From the NCBI RefSeq assembly GCF_024521635.1, contig NW_026250450.1, positions 62,001 through 119,545 on the forward strand: a stretch of DNA of 57,545 nucleotides. Direction: 5' to 3'. The notes under the pieces were generated by a model. That model saw only the letters and a program-made list of their open reading frames with translations, had not been told where the DNA came from and ran no database searches. Source of the DNA: Tricharina praecox (Eukaryota). Below are positions 1 through 11,420 of this stretch, in pieces. Position numbers and translations under genes: made by a program. The number at the start of each line of letters is the position of its first letter. The stretch's first letter is position 1.

Positions 1-189
1 CCCTACCTTTCCATGCCACTCCTCCGGTCCCGGCGATCGCATCATGGCTTGAGGGCGCGTTCATAGCTCGGGACTCGGTAGAAGCCCACGCTTGATCCTC
101 GACGCGAAATTTGCACCAGCCAAAAATCTTTCACTGCCGGCGGGCGTGACAGGCTGTGTGATAAGATCGATTGCCTCGATGGTGGCGAG

Positions 190-488
190 CAGGCCTGGGA
201 ATAGTCCGTCCGGACAGAAGACTATTGGGGCCCGGCGGCGCCGTCCCGTCCGGGGCGAGAATTTGGCTGGACGAGTCGGGTTCCGTCCCAGGTCCAAAAA
301 GCCCGGGGCCCGGAAATATTGAGTGCGGAAGCGGCTGGCTACTACGTGTAATATCCGGCCCCGAATGGGGCCCCAGTCGTCCTCCGGCTTGCCCGGAGCC
401 CTATAGCCCTTCATATTCTGGGCCCGACAAATTACGTCTTGTCCGGAGCTATGCCTCGGACGGACGGGACGGACGATTCCCAGGCCTG
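190..488. mobile_element. Non-autonomous hAT-family MITE (299 bp)
   Basis: 22-bp terminal inverted repeats CAGGCCTGGGAAT(A/C)GTCCGTCC (190-211 and 467-488, one mismatch). Perfect 8-bp target-site duplication GTGGCGAG (182-189 and 489-496). Subterminal GTCC/GGAC and GGGCCC repeats. An 8-bp TSD with CAGG- ends is typical of hAT elements. Confidence 0.9.
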
Positions 489-954
489 GTGGCGAGTGCC
501 CAGCTTGCGAGTGCCTAGAGGTGAGAGTCTTGCGAGAAGGAGGGGGGGGGGGGTTTATCTCTCACAGGATCGAAGTAGGAGAATCCACGCGCACCCACGG
601 ATCAGTGGCAGTGTGGACTTCCAACGGGAAAGATTTGAGCGACCAAAGGATTCATCATTCATTCGTGAATGTAAATTTGAACGAGTGGTGCCGGTGGAAT
701 GGCCACTGCGAAATGGATCATGGATCATCGACGTTCCTTCGTGTCACTTTAGTAGGCGAGAGAGGACGAGAACCGGCTGGCCAATTCATTGCATTTTATC
801 TAACGTCATTTCATCCAAGTGCATCCCAACACTGCCAAATCCTCCGTTCCACCACCCGTTCCACCTACTCGCACTGCACCAGTATCAGCCTCGCCTTCAC
901 CACCGCCTCCAGCTCATTCCAGCGAACCCAATTGTGGCCACCTACCTTTTCCCT

Positions 955-1140
955 TCAAACCAAAGGAAAGAACCTAGCATAATGCCAGTAGAGGCTCCAG
1001 ATGAAGTACAGCGCGGACAGGAGCATGATGGCGACCTGGAGGGCCGTGCCCGGGTTTTCCTGGACGTAGCATATCGCCTCCGGCAGCGTCGGCAGGAACA
1101 AGAACATGTAGATCAGCACGTACATGTGGATGTTCCACAT
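955..1140 (-). CDS. Small hydrophobic protein (~61 aa, two predicted TM segments), unknown function
   Basis: ATG at 1140 follows an A/C-rich leader (ACCACGATG). Protein MWNIHMYVLIYMFLFLPTLPEA...LQVAIMLLSALYFIWSLYWHYARFFPLV. No homology recognised. Confidence 0.4.
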   Translation of the reverse strand: MWNIHMYVLIYMFLFLPTLPEAICYVQENPGTALQVAIMLLSALYFIWSLYWHYARFFPLV

Positions 1141-2969
1141 CGTGGTTTTGGTCGTGGTGTTGTTGGGGGTGGAGGGGGTGGTGGTGGAGGTGGGGTTGGG
1201 GTCGGGTGCGAGTGGATAGGGTGGGGTGGGTGGAGAGGAAGTGGGTGAGGGTGTGGGAAGAGGAGGGGAAGGTGGAGGGAGAGGTAGTGAGGTGGAAAGA
1301 GGAGCGCGTCCACCCCACCTCGATAGCAACACTCGCAGGCGCAGCGAAAAGGAAATCGACCGCTTCGACAACCACGCTCTGAAAATTTTCGAAATTCACC
1401 AGGAGGGAACGCTTTACCATCGATATCCGCACATATTACCACGGAACATCCCCAGAAGCCAACTTGAACCAAGAGAATGAGGAGGAAGAGGAGGAAGAGG
1501 AGGAAGAGGAGGAGACTCGAGAGTTCACGTCACGGTCCCCGGCCCTAATCGGTACCGATTAAACTGAAGACGGCGGCTTCCTCTAAGAGTCTACGAGCCT
1601 CCGGCATGGCCACAGTGACCAGTGAGCACACGCAAAGTACGCAGGATATCGGAGATTTGGAGGTAGGGGTTGTGACGACGTCGTAGGACATGGGATCACT
1701 CGTCCCCGACTTTTCAGCCGTGGAATCCAGTTCCGACCCAGTCCCCCGTCGCTTGCCTACCCAGAGGCTGAAGCACGGCATCGAGTGCTAGTAGAGGTCA
1801 CGGTATGAGCTGAAGTAGGAGTCCCCTGCCGGCATATTCGGATACCTTGTGGGAGCCAGACGGGTTCCAGCCATGGCCCCCAGCGCCTGCCCTCGATTCT
1901 TCCCGCCGTGCGTCGGCACTGCCGCACCGACGAACGCCTCCAGTGGACGAAGTATTGCTATAAGACCAGACCCAGGAGCACCTCTTCGAATGGTACCGCG
2001 AATGGAAGAGCTGGCAGAAGATTCGTCGGCACTGGGCAGAGGTGCGGAAGGAGAAATGTTTGGGATCCGAAACCCCTTCACAGACGAGCGATGCAGCCAG
2101 GACATACTGGTTTCCTCGCCACTACTGATGTGCACCTTGTGGAGGCGGATCCCGAGGTTGCTGAGGCCGCAGAGTAAGTTGCAGCATGCTCCAGGTATCC
2201 GAGTGGGAACTAAGGGAACGGCCAGATAGATAGGTGGAGAGGAGACCAGACGAGGAGGAGAAGGTGCCAAGAATATGAAGAGGAGGGTGCCGAGGTCGAG
2301 GAGGAGCCGGAGTCCCTCCCGCTATTCCTCACCAGAGCCTGGATGAAGAGGCAGGGGGAGAGACGGAGTGCGGTGCGGACGATTCCTCTTCCTGGCATCA
2401 TCTCTTGGGTGAGCTCTACATGTTCTCTCGGGAGTCGCGAAAGGCCAGAGCGAAGAGCGGAGGGCGGGGGAAGCTACACCGGACCATTTGACGAAAATTG
2501 AGTTGAACAGTGGGCATCGAAAGGGTGTGAATACTGTCATAGTCTACCTAGGTCGCATAAAATCAATGATTGGATACGAGAAGAATAAAGCCCAGGCAAT
2601 GCAATAGTCGCAGAGTAGCTCTCGAAGCGCAGTAAGCAATATGACTGTTTACTCATGTCTCGAGTCTTGGCGTATCCGGCCGCTGCTGTTGGGACAGCGA
2701 AGTGGTTTCGCACTGCCAGTGGATAGTAGTCTTCCACCCTCTTGGTCAGTATTCCCAACTCTTGCTCAGTCGCTGGTAGACCCAGCCCCTCAGGTTCCCA
2801 CGGATCCCGACGAGAATTTTGAAAGTAACGGAAGCCTCGGTAGGCAGGCAGGTAGGCCTAGAATTCCTCCTGCTGCCGTCCCCAATTTAATCCTCCCCCG
2901 GGGTTTATCATGCCGCTCTTCTCCCCCTTCTTTTCCCACCACAAACCCGACCACAACAAACAAACAACC

Positions 2970-4001
2970 ATGCCTCCAGCTGCAAACATCTGCCCATTCT
3001 ATCTCTTCCACCATATATTCGGCCAGCAGTCGACCGCCAGGAACACGTGCGCGTACTGCGACACCGGGTCGGCGCCCGGAGGCTTGGGGATACAATTCCT
3101 TCCCGAAGGCCTCCTCGGCCCCGAGAATTTGCGCCCACCGGTGAGGCTCGAGCTCGCGGAAATACAGGCCGCGCTATTGGAGATGGAAGCTGCGGGATTT
3201 CATACACCGGAAGTGCTACAGACAATCAACAAACCTCTTCCGGAGCTGGAGAAGTTGGAGATTGAAGCTGCGGAATGTCAGCCGCGAGAACCGTTGCAGC
3301 TAGAGCCACTCGATACACTTCATCCGGAGCAGCAGGAGGTGGAGGAACAGGCCGCGATTTTGGAGATGGAAGCTGCGGAATGTCATCCACCAGCACTGCA
3401 GCAGCCAGAGACAATTGACGCACTCAATCCGGAGCAGCAGCAGTTGGAGATGAAGGCTGCGGAACGTCGTCCACCAGCTCTGCTGCAGAAAATGGACCAA
3501 ATCAAGCCGGAGCAGGAGGTTAAGGAGGAACAAGCCGCGATGTTGGAGATGGGAGCAGGGGAATGTCATCCACCAGCACTGCCAGAAACAATTGACAAAC
3601 TCCATCCACAGAAGGAGGAGGAACCGGCAATATCGGAGATGGCCGCTGGGGAATGTCATCCACAAACACTGCTGCAGCCGGAGCCTATCGACACACTCTA
3701 TCCGGTGCAGCTAGAGGAGGAGGTACCGGCGATATTGATAGCGGATGGCTGTGGCGACGGAGAGGTAGGGACGCATGGGTTACGCAGGGATGAAGATAGC
3801 GAAGACGAGGAGTGGGTCCATGAGGATGTTTCTTGCGAGGAGGGATTCGAAATCGTCGACGGTGAGGGCAGTGGAGCGGAGGATTCTGATGATGGATGGG
3901 ATCACTTCGAGGCGGTTGGTGATGCAGTGACCATTGAGATGGCGGGGGGGGGCGGTTTTCGTGGAGCGCGGATGCGAGGCGTGATGATTACGGGAGTGTG
4001 A
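2970..4001 (+). CDS. Acidic tandem-repeat protein (~343 aa), unknown function
   Basis: Good start context (CAACCATG). About six ~33-35 aa repeats of AAILEMEAAECHPPALxQPETIDxLxPEQ, followed by a D/E-rich tail. Confidence 0.6.
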   Translation: MPPAANICPFYLFHHIFGQQSTARNTCAYCDTGSAPGGLGIQFLPEGLLGPENLRPPVRLELAEIQAALLEMEAAGFHTPEVLQTINKPLPELEKLEIEAAECQPREPLQLEPLDTLHPEQQEVEEQAAILEMEAAECHPPALQQPETIDALNPEQQQLEMKAAERRPPALLQKMDQIKPEQEVKEEQAAMLEMGAGECHPPALPETIDKLHPQKEEEPAISEMAAGECHPQTLLQPEPIDTLYPVQLEEEVPAILIADGCGDGEVGTHGLRRDEDSEDEEWVHEDVSCEEGFEIVDGEGSGAEDSDDGWDHFEAVGDAVTIEMAGGGGFRGARMRGVMITGV

Positions 4002-4619
4002 TGGAATGAAATGAACCTGTTTGAACTTTGAGACGAATTTCCAGCACGAGTGATGGCATGTGTGTTTCTTCCCGTATGGCTCCGCCATGTAAATTTCCTA
4101 GATCCCTCGACTGGGTGTCAACATTACTGTACTTTTATCTGCCCCACGTATTTCAAATGTAGCCATGTAGGCCCGCAGCATTGGCTGGGCCCGCACAAAT
4201 AGGTGAGAATTTATTGTCGTTTTGTCACGGCTTGAAGAAGAGACAGCGTGGCCGCCCACCGGCCTCTTTGCACATGCTCGGATGTGCAGGGCATACCGAC
4301 ACTGACATATTCTCTGGCCGAGAAAATACAGGTTTGAGATGCCTGGGCGGGGTGGGGTGCTGGAACGTTCTGGGCGCTGACCCTGTTTTCGTGGGGTGGC
4401 AGTCGACGACGACATCATCGAGAGAAAAAACCGTCACAATAATCGACCACTCATCAATCGTGCAAGTCCATTTCCTTCAATTTGGCTGCACCCAGCTCAA
4501 TCACCTTCCCAGCTCTCTTCCACCTACAACCCACGCTCTTTCACAACTACCACAACCCACGCTCTTTCACTACCCCCTTCAATTCCCCACAATTCACACT
4601 CATTTTCCGCATACGTACT

Positions 4620-5238
4620 ATGGAGAACCCCAATGAGCCCCACAAGCCGCATCGTGCTGCTCCGTCCAGCAAGAAGCAGCAGTCGCCAGCCAGTGATCAG
4701 CAGGCCCATGCGGCGGACGACACCACGGCGAGCGATCCTGCTCACCATCTGGCTCCCGCTTCCCCTGACCCCTTCACCGCCGCCCCCGCCCCCGCCCAGA
4801 CTCGCATCACCACTCCCACCCCCCCACCCCCTCAGGATCTCCACTGCTATGAGGTCCTTTCGCTGGCCGTTCACCGCGACACCGGTACCTGTCTCCCCCT
4901 TTTCTCCTTCCCGCCCTACTAACATTAGCCCAGACGCCGCCACTACCTCCAGCCTCCCGCAGAGCGAGTGCCCCGGTGGTAACGAGCTCATTTTCAAGTT
5001 AGACCTCATGCGCTGCGTCGTCGCCGCGCCGGGAATGTGGTACACGTGCCACCACTTCGCCTGGATGGTGCACGTCCGCGTGGATGAGCTCATCGAGAAC
5101 AGCAGGAGAAACCTGGCCGAGCACTACGGGCGCGTGCCTCGGCGCACCTGGCCGCCGGGTGGTGAGGCCGATGAGGACATGGGCGCTACGGAGCTCAGGC
5201 ACCAGCTAATGGAAGAGTATTGGGATGATCAGGCGTAG
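4620..5238 (+). CDS. Two-exon hypothetical protein (~189 aa); exons 4620-4884 and 4934-5238
   Basis: Intron GTACCT...TACTAAC...CAG (4885-4933) joins two overlapping ORFs in phase; spliced length 570 nt. Codon usage is C/G-ending. Confidence 0.6.
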
Positions 5239-5385
5239 GTTTGCGTGGTACTGTTCTGTGTCTGAAGTCTCATGGGTGTTGGCTGGCAGCTGGGATGGGT
5301 TTCTGTCGTTTCTGTCTCCGAGTCTACTAGCAGGAAGTTCGGTAATCATATGAGTCGGATTTCAGACATGGTATTGTTTTCTCTG

Positions 5386-5660
5386 GGTATAAGCTGTCCA
5401 GTGTCGATCCAGCACCGGAAGTTATTCACGCAAACAAGATGCGATACTACCAGTAGATGACCACAAACGTGCCTCAACCGGACCGGTGATAACCCTTGAG
5501 CAGCAGTAGCAGCTTCGTGCGTAGAAAATCATTCATCAATGCTTCGCTATAATGACCTCTGAGGTCCTCTGTAAAGTTTCAACCCTTATCCCCTGCCGAT
5601 AAGAGTACCACTGGGGCTCATTTGAGAATGGATACTAATTGCCGGGCACGGCCCACGCAG
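5386..5660. repeat. Dispersed degenerate repeat (copy 1); homologous to ~12953-13285 and partly to ~6492-6612
   Basis: Shared blocks such as AAGCTGTCCAGTGTCGATC, AGTAGATGACC, ATCCCCTGCCG..AAGAGTACCACTGG and GGATACTAATTGCC. Confidence 0.75.
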
Positions 5661-6444
5661 CAGACCGTGACTAGGTGAAAAGAGCACGGCGGTTGCAATC
5701 ATAGAGTAGCATCACGGTTCTTCGTTTTGCTGTCCCGCTCATGCGCTGCTCCACGTATCCTCCTCCGTACTAAACATGATTCTGCATTCCAACATCATAG
5801 ATGTCTTTGTCGTCTTCACATGTTTTCTTGCTTTCGCGAGGAGAGTGGTACGTTCAAAGTTGTTCGTCAGCGTCTACTCATGAGCCGTAGATAGCGCTCA
5901 TGCGGCTGTCAAACCCAGCTACACAATTACAGTTATCTTAGATTATGATGAATCCTGAACGCGTACGTAGATTGGGTGAGAGTATCATGCCTCGAATCCG
6001 ACTAGATACAAAAGAAGCGTAGGAGGCCAGTCACTCCGTCTTCATGACTGGCAAAGTAACTTAGCAACGAACGACTCGATATTACAATTTACAACAATGT
6101 CCTTACGTGCTAACTCGAGTGATATCCCATGCCCTCAATGAATCCGGTAATGCACGCGGGATGAGAGTTTCCGTATTCATTGCTCACGGTTCTACTATCA
6201 TAATCTTCGCCCTCTGTCTGTCCATCTTCCGAGCGTACAATCACCCCGCCCTCCCACTCCTTGCACATCGTCGTCCACTCATACGTGGAGCTCATACAAC
6301 TGTCAAACCGCGCCACACGGTTGTCTGTTGGATGTTGATCTATCATGAATGAGTGTACCTATTTTATGAGACAGTCTTAAGTCTTGACCCGAGGAGAGAT
6401 AAAAGAGGTGCACTATTCCAGTGCCCACCCTCGTCATGCCTGAC

Positions 6445-6495
6445 TCAGGAAAGTCACGAGTAATGACCTCAGGAACGTCACGAGTAATGACCTCT
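6445..6495. repeat. 24-bp tandem duplication (CTCAGGAAxGTCACGAGTAATGAC x2)
   Basis: Directly visible in the sequence. Confidence 0.8.
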
Positions 6496-7094
6496 GAAGA
6501 GTACCATCCGGGCTCGGCTCAGGATGGATACTAATTGCCAGCCACGCCCCATGCAGCACCCTCCGCGGGGATATGTCTTGCTATGAACGTGATGCCCTCT
6601 CAATCAGGAAAAAACCCTACCGGTGGGTGCGATCAGTCGGTCCTACTGCCTGAACTGAACAGAGTGCGACATACTCCTCGAAAAGGCACCATGAGATATG
6701 ACCACAGCTGTCAATATGTAACAGCAGCTGTCTAGGTGTGATTGCAGCCCGCCATTTGCTACACACAACGTAAGACTCTGACTGAGTAGACGCAGCGGTG
6801 GCTAAAATGATGGCTGCAGTACTCATCAGTCTTGTTAGAACAATCTACATCAATTCTGCCTTCTAAAATCAACTCATCCGTCCAGTCGAACACCTCATCT
6901 CCTCCCACCACATACCGTGATCGCGTACAATTTGAACATCATTTCGTCGAATGTCTTCTTCTTTCTCGGTAGTTTGAATTGTCTGTGGTATTATGTCTCC
7001 TCCTTGCTTTCACGTTCCCATTCTCTCCAGACTCTAGTATTATCGCCCCTCCTTGCTTTCGTGTTCCCACATGTGAAATGAACCTAACTTGCCG

Positions 7095-10000
7095 TTAGTC
7101 TTTGTAAAGTCCCCTGATATCATGCACGCTCCGTAGAATCTTACCTCTCGTACTTTCCCCAACATCTTCTATCCGCACGGTCACCGAGCCTCCCACCGCC
7201 CAAGAATAATCTGAACCCAAATCTATGGACATCATTTTAAAAACAAGTCTGAATCCAACTATAGCAGGCGTGCCGATGAACCTTATTTTAAACAACGATG
7301 CCATGCGCACTCCGCAGATGGTGCCGGACGGAGCCGCTGTTCCTGTTGAAGCAGCTGCGCTTGTCGAGTCAGTGCTTGTCCAGCTGCAGCTCTCCTGCAA
7401 ACAATCTATCTGCTTGCCATCTTTCCCAAGATGGCGGTAGGAGCGATTGACGAGATCACAGCACCCGAGTGCCGCTCGGCCCCAAGTGATTTTCCAGGGG
7501 TCGTGGCGGGGGGGCATCGCACGCGAGCGAGGCCGAGTTCGACAATTGGATCAGCTCCCTCAGATCTTTTAGTGACCTAATAGACGTGAGTCTGTCGCAA
7601 CTATATCTGGTGTTGTCATACGTGCATTCAATGCACTTGGCCCGTGAGTGGCATGTGTAGTATTCTGTAATGAACCCTCGTTCGACATCGGCATTCTTGC
7701 TAGTCATGAATGCCCTCACAGGCGGAAAGTCTTCGCCGTTCGGAGGCCATTGAAGTCTCTTCAGTCGGGTGATTTGCAACAGCATCTTAATCGGGTCGAC
7801 GTTCGTCACAATGTCACACACCAGTCCTTTACGGGAGTAAGTGATGCCGGACACAAACGTATCCTGGACGCAACAAAGGGTGCCCGCCACCCCTCTCCCC
7901 CCTTCCCCCCCTCCCCTCCACCCCCACCCGCAGGTGGAGTGGTGGTATTCATCCCCGCGGAACATTGCGGCTTGCCACAGCTGTGGCGGGCGCAGGATCT
8001 CAATCCTCACGCCCAATGGGGCCTGCTCGTGGCGGTTCCCCTTGTGACCATCTGGGAGCGAGCCCTAGGTCCTCGTCCTCCCGGCAAAGTGGGCGCAGAA
8101 TCTCAATCCTCACGCCCAAAGGGGCCCACTCGTGGCGGTTCCCCTTGTGACCAACAGGGCGCGAGCACTGCGTCCTCGTTCTGCCGGCAAAGCGGCCGCA
8201 GCCATGTTTAGCACTATCGCGCTGTTAGTTGCGAGGCAGAGGAGGTGGGAGAGTGTGACATACGAACACTTGCCATGCGGTGGCGGGCGCAGGATCTCAA
8301 TCCTACAACCCAGAGAGGCCCGCTCGAGACGGTTCCCCAAGCCACCGACAGGGCCTACTTGCTAATCTTGATGTCGTCGCTTGCGCCGGTGGTGACAGGC
8401 TGAGAGGGAAGTCGTCCTCCCGAATACAGCCGCCCTCGTGGTCCTTTGTTCAAGTTTGTCAGTTATATGCGTGTACTCGGGGGGGAAAGGGGTGGTGCGA
8501 TACCCTGTTTGCAAGTGTGTTTCACTAGAGGGGGAACCAGACATGGTGAATGAAGTAAGATGTTGGTTGCGTTGTGGTCTGATGGTATCGATGCGTGATG
8601 TCGATGAGTAAAATACCCAAGGAGAACGTAACTGCTACTGTTTTCGTTTGGTCGCGGATGTTAGAATGGTCAGCGGATGTTGGGAGCCACGCCCGTGTAA
8701 GGTACTCATTATGGCTCGGAATACCGGCAATGTATTTCAGCTGAACAGTCACGAGGTTCGGCCGGAACCTGTAACATGGGTGGTTGCCACTCGCCGCCGG
8801 ATTCCCACTGCCGACTGGAGCCATTTCCTGCAATGGGTGGGACCGAGTGACGGGCATGATGGTTGTCGTGGTTTCGAACGCTTGCCACGGCTGTGGTGGG
8901 CGCAGGATCTCAATCCTCACGCCCAAAGGGGCCCGCTCGTGGCGGTTCCCCTTGTGACCATCAGGGAGCGAGCCTTGGGTCCTCGTCCTCCCGGCAAAGT
9001 GGGCGCAGAATCTCAATCCTCACGCCCAAAGGGGCCCGCTCGTGGCGGTTCCCCTTGTGACCAACAGGGCGCGAGCCCTGGGTCCTTCTACTCCCCGCAA
9101 AGCGGTCGCAGCCAGGTTGAGTACTATCGTGTTGTTAGTTGTGAGGCAGGAGGTGGGAGAGTGTGACATACGAACACTTGCCATGCGGTGGCGGGCGCAG
9201 GATCTCAATCCTGCCACCCAGAGGGGCCCGCTCGTGGCGGTTCCCCAAGCCACCGACAGGGCCCACTTGCTAATCTGGATATCGTCGCTGGCACCGGTGA
9301 TGACAGGGCTGAGAGGGAAATCGTCCTCCCGAATAAAGCCGCCCTCATGGTCCTTCATTCAAGTTAGTCAGTTATATGCGTGTACCCGGGGGGAAGGGGT
9401 TGTGCGGTACCCTGTTGGCGAGATTATTAATCCAGTAAAATGGTCGGCGGATGGTGAGGAGCCACACAAACGTGAGGTACTCATTCGGGCTCGAGATTCC
9501 GGTGAACTCTTCTAGATTGAGGGTGACGAGGTGTAGCTGCAACGTGACGGAAACCACCATGCCGGAAGGATGCGATACCCCCTGCGGAACATATGGGTAC
9601 GTGCGACTCTTTCCCGGATTTCGCTTTCCACTGGATTGTTGACCTTTGATCCTGCGTGGAATCCATACCGGGCCAGGATCTCAGGGCCGGCGTCGTTACC
9701 GACCCAAGCGCGGATGGTATTGAGAGGGAGTCCATTGATCTTCAATGAGTTGATTTCGAAATCGATGCGGATTGTGGCAATGTGGTAATGGATCGCTAGG
9801 ATCTGTTCTTCGAGCTTTGCTATCCTTCGAGCGGCCCACTTGCTAATATTATTGTCATCACTGGCTCCGGTGGTCACAGGGCTGAGTGGGAAATCGTTCT
9901 CCAGAATGAAGCCACCCTCATGGTCCTTCATCTTAATCCTGATGCCCTAGGGGCCCGCTCGTGGCGGTTTTCCTGGTTCTTACATACCCAGCGACGTTCA

Positions 10001-10552
10001 ACCTTGACCGTGACTGGGTCCCCATGCTGCCAGATGATAGAGGTTAGCTTCTGCAGGCCTGCGGTCTGCGCAGGTGCCGGTTCCGCAACTGCTATGTTTG
10101 GATCCAGCGTGGTCCGGACCCTGTGGTACACCATCTTGCTTAGGATGTGGTCGGGGGACGCAATCACAACTCCAGCCGTAAGTTTGCGTGCTCCCACCTG
10201 TCTGGGATCGAGTTTTATTTTAGTAATCCGCCCTGTCCCACGACCAAGACGCGGGAAAGGAATTTTGCCGGCTCCTCTATGCTTGACCGGAGGGTAAAGT
10301 CGATGACCGACAAGGAAATGGTGGTGACAGTGCCCTTGACGATCTTGACGAGTTTGATGACGTAAGTCTCTGTGATTCTCGGGAGCTTGATGATGATGGC
10401 CAGGAGCTCTTCGGTGATCTTGCCGACCTTACAGTCCCAACCGTCGTCGGACCTACGGGGCGATTAGCGAAAAGAAGAGCTACAAGTGACTCAGAGTCGG
10501 AAAAAACTTGCATGCGTTCGATTGAGCTGTTCATTGTTGCGGACGAAGACAA
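7095..10552 (-). pseudogene. Decayed, internally duplicated multi-exon gene(s) of an unrecognised family
   Basis: Paralogous peptide blocks (DHEGGFIxExDFPLSPVxTGASDD; LVTxxLxxxxGIxSxNEYLTxxWL) differ mostly at synonymous sites. Intron-like GTATGT...ACTAAC...AG segments are present. Frameshifts and stops lie between blocks. Confidence 0.5.
7988..9971 (-). repeat. Cluster 1 of a ~54-nt double-hairpin/peptide module (copies at 7988, 8091, 8285, 8898, 9001, 9193, partial at 9930) inside a ~910-bp higher-order tandem duplication
   Basis: The + strand consensus is GGGCGCAGGATCTCAATCCTCACGCCCAAAGGGGCCCGCTCGTGGCGGTTCCCC. The block ~7970-8510 recurs at ~8880-9420. Confidence 0.9.
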
Positions 10553-11040
10553 AGCCCGATCCGATACCTTCGCGAGAAGAAGAAGAAAAAGAAGAAGAGA
10601 CGAGAATCAGAGGTGGATGAGGATTGCGGGTTCTGAGTGTTGGCTGATGGGGCCGCGTTGCGAGATGTAGGTTGGTTGCAAGATGTGACGTATAGAAGGG
10701 TAGGATACGAGTAGGGCTGGGTGTGGTTAGCGTTTTCCAGCGACGGGAGACTGAAGGTGCGTGGTTTTTGGCAAGCTGAGTATTGGCTGACTCACAACTC
10801 ACTAGTTTTAATGATTGGTGGGTGAAAGTGTCTTTTGAAAATGTGACGAGAACCATCCCCACAAGTGCTGAGTGTAGGAGCGAAGCCGATGTAATACGAG
10901 TTGTTGAAGGGAGCAGCAGGCCACCGACGACTGCTCACAGAGAGGGGGCCAGTGTTCTCCATCATCCGATCCGAATCATTGTGGCTGTTGTGATAACTCA
11001 CTCGTTCAAGCTTAGTCGCCTACGCGGACATGACAATTCA

Positions 11041-11228
11041 GGCCATGCCCTAACAGCCTAACAGGCCACCATTTGGCGTGGACAAAAAACCGATCGACGG
11101 CAGAGTGCTGGTGGTGCCGGTACAAGACTCAGACCCGAGAACCCCTGTTCAAGAGTTGCGCGCAGTAGATGGAGCAACAGAAGTTCCTTTGGACGGAGGT
11201 GCGAAAGAAGACTAGCCGAGGGAAGGAT
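11041..11228 (+). mobile_element. Non-LTR retrotransposon (Tad1-like LINE) ORF2 fragment, CCHC zinc-knuckle region
   Basis: After removing an 8-bp duplication (CCTAACAG) it reads GHALTGHHLAWTKNRSTAECWWCRYKTQTREPLFKSCAQ*MEQQKFLWTEVRKKTSRGKD. This matches the GH..TG..L...CWWC...QTREHLF..C..W pattern of fungal LINE C-termini. Confidence 0.8.
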
Positions 11229-11342
11229 GCTCGTCCCATTCGTCCTGCTATGCAAAGAATCTCCTTGCCCTCCTTGTCCTTCTCGTCCTTCACGTCCGGC
11301 TGCGGAAACAGCCTCCTCGTCCCACCGCGACTTGTCCTCCTG

Positions 11343-11420
11343 GTCCTACTCCTGCCAATCGTCCTACTCGTCCTACTCGTCCTACTCGCCCTACTCGTCC
11401 TACTCGTCCTACTCGTCCTG
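11343..11420. repeat. 9-bp tandem repeat (GTCCTACTC)n, followed by degenerate CTGGATTCGCTGC repeats to ~11655
   Basis: Directly visible in the sequence. Confidence 0.85.

Noticed and set aside
8010..9030. Selenocysteine/readthrough UGA in the alternative frame WGTATSGPLWA*GLRSC
   Set aside because: That codon is Ala, Val or Glu in other copies, and synonymous changes favour the GNRHERAPLG frame.
7988..9246. Known ribozyme or riboswitch (hammerhead, HDV-like, TPP) or Alu/SRP identity for the module
   Set aside because: No CUGAnGA/GAAA core, no HDV P1.1/P4/J4-2 arrangement and no TPP CUGAGA motif. The GGTGGCGGGCGC similarity to Alu is too short to mean anything.
7988..9971. CRISPR-like reading of the repeat-spacer pattern
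   Set aside because: Eukaryotic context with no cas genes. The spacers vary widely in length (~50-700 nt) and are themselves homologous to one another.
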